Assembly (NCBI RefSeq): GCF_001457595.1
Contig: NZ_LN831039.1
Location: forward strand, 6,660,001-6,692,000
DNA length: 32,000 nt
DNA from: Mycolicibacterium smegmatis
Lineage (GTDB): Bacteria > Actinomycetota > Actinomycetes > Mycobacteriales > Mycobacteriaceae
Direction of reading: 5' to 3'
Shown: in pieces, positions 29,352 to 32,000 of the stretch
How the letters are laid out: each line of letters begins with the position of its first letter
How positions within the stretch are numbered: the first letter of the stretch is position 1
Notes under the pieces: generated by a model
Databases searched by the model: none
The model's input: the letters and a program-made list of their open reading frames with translations, nothing else
What the model was told of the DNA's origin: nothing
Position numbers and translations under genes: made by a program

Positions 29352-30232
29352 GCCCTCGCGAGGCGCTCCGGCATTGCGACGGGTGCGGACTGCAGCCAGG
29401 ACGCGAGGTTGCGCACGTAGTCCTTGAACACCTCGAGGTGTTGCGGATCGGCCTTCATCCCGCTGCCCGGCAGTTCGGTGACGAATGAGGGAGCACCGTG
29501 GTCGACGTCCCAGTTGTAGTCGGCGAAGTGGTGGAACGTCGATTCGGCCACCGCACGGCCCATGGGTGTTCCGTCGTCGGTCGTCTCGCCGTCGAGCAGG
29601 ACCGCGAGGTTGAAGTGCCTGCCGGTCGAGGTGCTGCGGCCCTGCGCCAGCACCTCGGCGAACGGCGTGTCGGCCGACACCGCGCCCTCGTGCGGGTGCG
29701 CCGGGAACCACTCGATGCGCCCGCTCGCGGTGCGGTCGGTGCGCAGTAGTTCGTGCACGTGATCGTTCACCAGGACGGGCTGGTAGTCGCCGTTGGCACC
29801 CGAGTGGTAGTTGGGCCACGAGATGTCCGGATTGTCCTGGTCGTCACACATCGTGGCGGGGTCGACGCCGGCATCGAGGGACCCGTGGAACTGGTTGACC
29901 GCACCCAGCGAGCCCAGGCCCAGCAGGCAGCTGCCGAGGTCCTGGTGATCGCGGGCGGTCAGGACACCGCCGCCGTTCTCACGGAAGCGCAGGATCGCCG
30001 CGCACTCGGCCGCAGTCAGGCCCGTGCCGACGTCGACGGCCATGAGCCACAGCTGCTCGAAGTCGAGTTCGTCGAGCCGGCTCAGCACGGGATCGTCGTG
30101 CGCGTGGGCCCGGTTGCGTGCCGTGACGTCGTGGCCCGCCGAGCGCAGTTCGTCGGCCAAAAGGGAGAACCGCGTGACGTCCCAGTCGTCGAGGTTCTCG
30201 GTGATCGTGGTCTGCAGCAGGATTCTCGCCAT
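29348..30232 (-). CDS. Conserved hypothetical protein (ThuA/class I amidotransferase-like fold possible), translationally coupled to moxR-like gene
   Basis: MARILLQTTITENLDDWDVTRFSLLADELRSAGHDVTARNR... LRFRENGGGVLTARDHQDLGSCLLGLGSLGAVNQFHG; GAGAGG-like RBS upstream of ATG 30232; 4-bp overlap with the next gene. Confidence 0.65.
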   Translation of the reverse strand: MARILLQTTITENLDDWDVTRFSLLADELRSAGHDVTARNRAHAHDDPVLSRLDELDFEQLWLMAVDVGTGLTAAECAAILRFRENGGGVLTARDHQDLGSCLLGLGSLGAVNQFHGSLDAGVDPATMCDDQDNPDISWPNYHSGANGDYQPVLVNDHVHELLRTDRTASGRIEWFPAHPHEGAVSADTPFAEVLAQGRSTSTGRHFNLAVLLDGETTDDGTPMGRAVAESTFHHFADYNWDVDHGAPSFVTELPGSGMKADPQHLEVFKDYVRNLASWLQSAPVAMPERLARA

Positions 30233-30330
30233 CGGAATCACGCCTCTCGTTCCGCCGAGGGATGGGGTCGCACTTCAGCGTGACGCGGGTGATGCGTGGC
30301 GCGGACCCTTGAGAATTCGTGGTCCGGTGA

Positions 30331-31497
30331 TCACTGGTCGGCGCGCAGTGTGAGCACGCTGATGTCGGGTGGCGCCCCGATGCGCACCGGCGGGCCCCAG
30401 AAACCCGCACCCCTGGTCACGTACAGCTGGGTGTCGCCGACGGTCGACAGCCCGGCGAGCGACGGCTGCACAGCCGACACGACGTAGTGGAACGGCCACA
30501 GCTGGCCGCCGTGCGTATGGCCCGAGAGCTGCAGGTCGACGCCCCGTTCGGCGGCCTCGGTGACCTGGACCGGCTGATGCGCGAGCAGGACCGTCGCCTG
30601 CGACGGGGCGACGCCGGCCAGGGCCCGGTCGAGGTCCGGTGGGTCCGAACTCCGTTCCCCGGCCACGTCGTTGACGCCGGCGAGCGCGAACGACGCACGG
30701 CCGCGCCGGATCGGGGTGTTCTCGTTGCGCAGCGGCGCGACGCCGAGCCGCTCGAGTTCACGCAGCCACTCGCCGGTCTCGTCGGTGAAGTACTCGTGGT
30801 TGCCGGTGACGAAGAAGCTGCCTTCGCGGGCCGCCAGGTCCTGCAACGGTTCCACCGCGGCGCCCAGTTCGCTGACCGTGCCGTCGACGAGGTCGCCGAC
30901 GATCGCGACGAGATCGGGCTCGGTTTCGTTGATCATCCGCACGATCCGCTCGGTGTGCGATCGGCCCAGCATGGGCCCCAGGTGGATGTCGGACACCACC
31001 GCGATGCGGAAGCCGTTGAACGCCGGGTCGATTCGTCCCAGCCGGACGGGAACCTGCAGCATTTTGGGCGGTCCCAGCGCGATCGACGCGCCGGTGCCGA
31101 CGAGCGCCACCGACGCCACACCCGCGGCCACCGCACCGCCGCGCGCGAGGAACATCCGCCGGTTGACCGCCGTCGATTCAGGCGCTGCTTCCTGCGCGCC
31201 GCCACGTTTGACCCACCGCCGCAGCACCAACCGCACGGGCTCGAGCACCAGCAGCGTCAGCACGAGGTAGAACACCAGCGCCAACCACACGAACCCGGGC
31301 CAGGACAGCCACGCCGCCTCGCGGATGTCGAACACCCGCGGGACGATCAGCCCCGCGAACAACAGCGCCGTCGGGATCAGGAACAGCACGGTGGCCACGC
31401 GTCGTGACCGGCCCGGCGTCGTGGTGTTCTTCGCCAGCCGCGTCCACACATAGAAGTGCATCGACGCGAGCACGACGATCAGCACGACGATGAACAT
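30331..31497 (-). CDS. Membrane metallophosphoesterase (YkuE/YaeI-like)
   Basis: RIAVVSDIHLGPMLGR, VAIVGDLVDG, FFVTGNHEYF, LAHQPVQV and LSGHTHGGQLWP metallophosphoesterase blocks; 3 N-terminal TMs. Confidence 0.92.
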   Translation of the reverse strand: MFIVVLIVVLASMHFYVWTRLAKNTTTPGRSRRVATVLFLIPTALLFAGLIVPRVFDIREAAWLSWPGFVWLALVFYLVLTLLVLEPVRLVLRRWVKRGGAQEAAPESTAVNRRMFLARGGAVAAGVASVALVGTGASIALGPPKMLQVPVRLGRIDPAFNGFRIAVVSDIHLGPMLGRSHTERIVRMINETEPDLVAIVGDLVDGTVSELGAAVEPLQDLAAREGSFFVTGNHEYFTDETGEWLRELERLGVAPLRNENTPIRRGRASFALAGVNDVAGERSSDPPDLDRALAGVAPSQATVLLAHQPVQVTEAAERGVDLQLSGHTHGGQLWPFHYVVSAVQPSLAGLSTVGDTQLYVTRGAGFWGPPVRIGAPPDISVLTLRADQ

Positions 31498-31524
31498 GCA
31501 CTCCCTTTCGGAAATGCCGTCAGC

Positions 31525-32000
31525 TTAGTTCGCGGCGCGCCGAACCAGCTCGTCGATTGCCGAGGGGTCGTCGGTGTCGACCACCGGGAAGCCGGATCCG
31601 GGTTCGCCCTCCCAGTGCAATTCGATCCCCGGGTTGTGGACGTCGGATCCGTCGGCGAGGAAGAAGTGCGGGCTGCCCTGCACGTCGTCGGCGTGCGCGC
31701 GGTAGGTGCGCATCATCTCGGCGCGCGCGGTGCCCTCGTCGAGGTCGCGGCGCAGCGCCTCGGCATCGACGTCGGCGCATCCTCCCGCGATGTCGACGAT
31801 CTCGTGCAGCAGCGATATGGGTCTGCTGTCGGTGAAGAACGCATGACGGATCGCCATGTCGAGTTGTTCTGCGGCCTTGGGAGATTGGCGTTTGGCAGCG
31901 TGCACGGCCTCATTGGCGAGCAGCGAGGTGATCGGCCATTCCGACGCCTCACCCTGCCACGGCGCCCACCCGAAGTCCGGCGCCAGCGCACCGACCACGG
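31525..32000 (-). CDS. DsbA-family (FrnE-like) thioredoxin-fold protein, truncated by window end
   Basis: AVHAAKRQSPKAAEQLDMAIRHAFFTDSRPISLLHEIVDIAG...VQGSPHFFLADGSDVHNPG; the N-terminal part lies outside the window. Confidence 0.72.
   Translation of the reverse strand, partial: VVGALAPDFGWAPWQGEASEWPITSLLANEAVHAAKRQSPKAAEQLDMAIRHAFFTDSRPISLLHEIVDIAGGCADVDAEALRRDLDEGTARAEMMRTYRAHADDVQGSPHFFLADGSDVHNPGIELHWEGEPGSGFPVVDTDDPSAIDELVRRAAN

Noticed and set aside
28407-29427. Plus-strand ORFs opposite the MoxR gene (28282..29427, 28407..29303)
   Set aside because: MoxR signature motifs are on the minus strand; these are mirror frames.

Overview
High-GC actinobacterial chromosome segment. The antigen 85, FadE-type, F420-dependent LLM and MoxR genes point to a fast-growing Mycolicibacterium; this assignment is inferred, not searched. 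The window is densely coding: an antigen-85-family mycolyltransferase (5' truncated), an FAD oxidoreductase, an ACAD/ACAD/alpha-beta hydrolase/FAH operon, hrpA, a SnoaL-like protein and an SDR. These are followed by a polar amino-acid ABC transporter operon ending in an aminotransferase-PAS-HTH fusion, a MetF-like reductase, an alpha/beta hydrolase plus RibH2-type lumazine synthase, a LuxR regulator, and an LLM/SnoaL/PadR/TetR group. The right end carries a MoxR-DUF58-VWA operon, a YkuE-like metallophosphoesterase and a partial DsbA-like gene. Two things stand out. (1) A ~1.77 kb lower-GC cryptic island (about 11351-13083) lies between a 48-bp direct repeat (one mismatch). The repeat duplicates the ancestral convergent overlap of the SDR and HTH genes. 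The island carries a diverged, truncated fragment of the HTH gene, one anchored protein with two internal Cys-bounded repeats, and a pair of mutually exclusive hairpins. (2) A 'reverse MocR' architecture, with an N-terminal class V aminotransferase fused to a C-terminal YheO/DauR-like PAS-HTH regulator, is encoded in the amino-acid transporter operon, with operator-like palindromes upstream of that operon. No rRNA, tRNA, CRISPR array, integrase or transposase could be supported.
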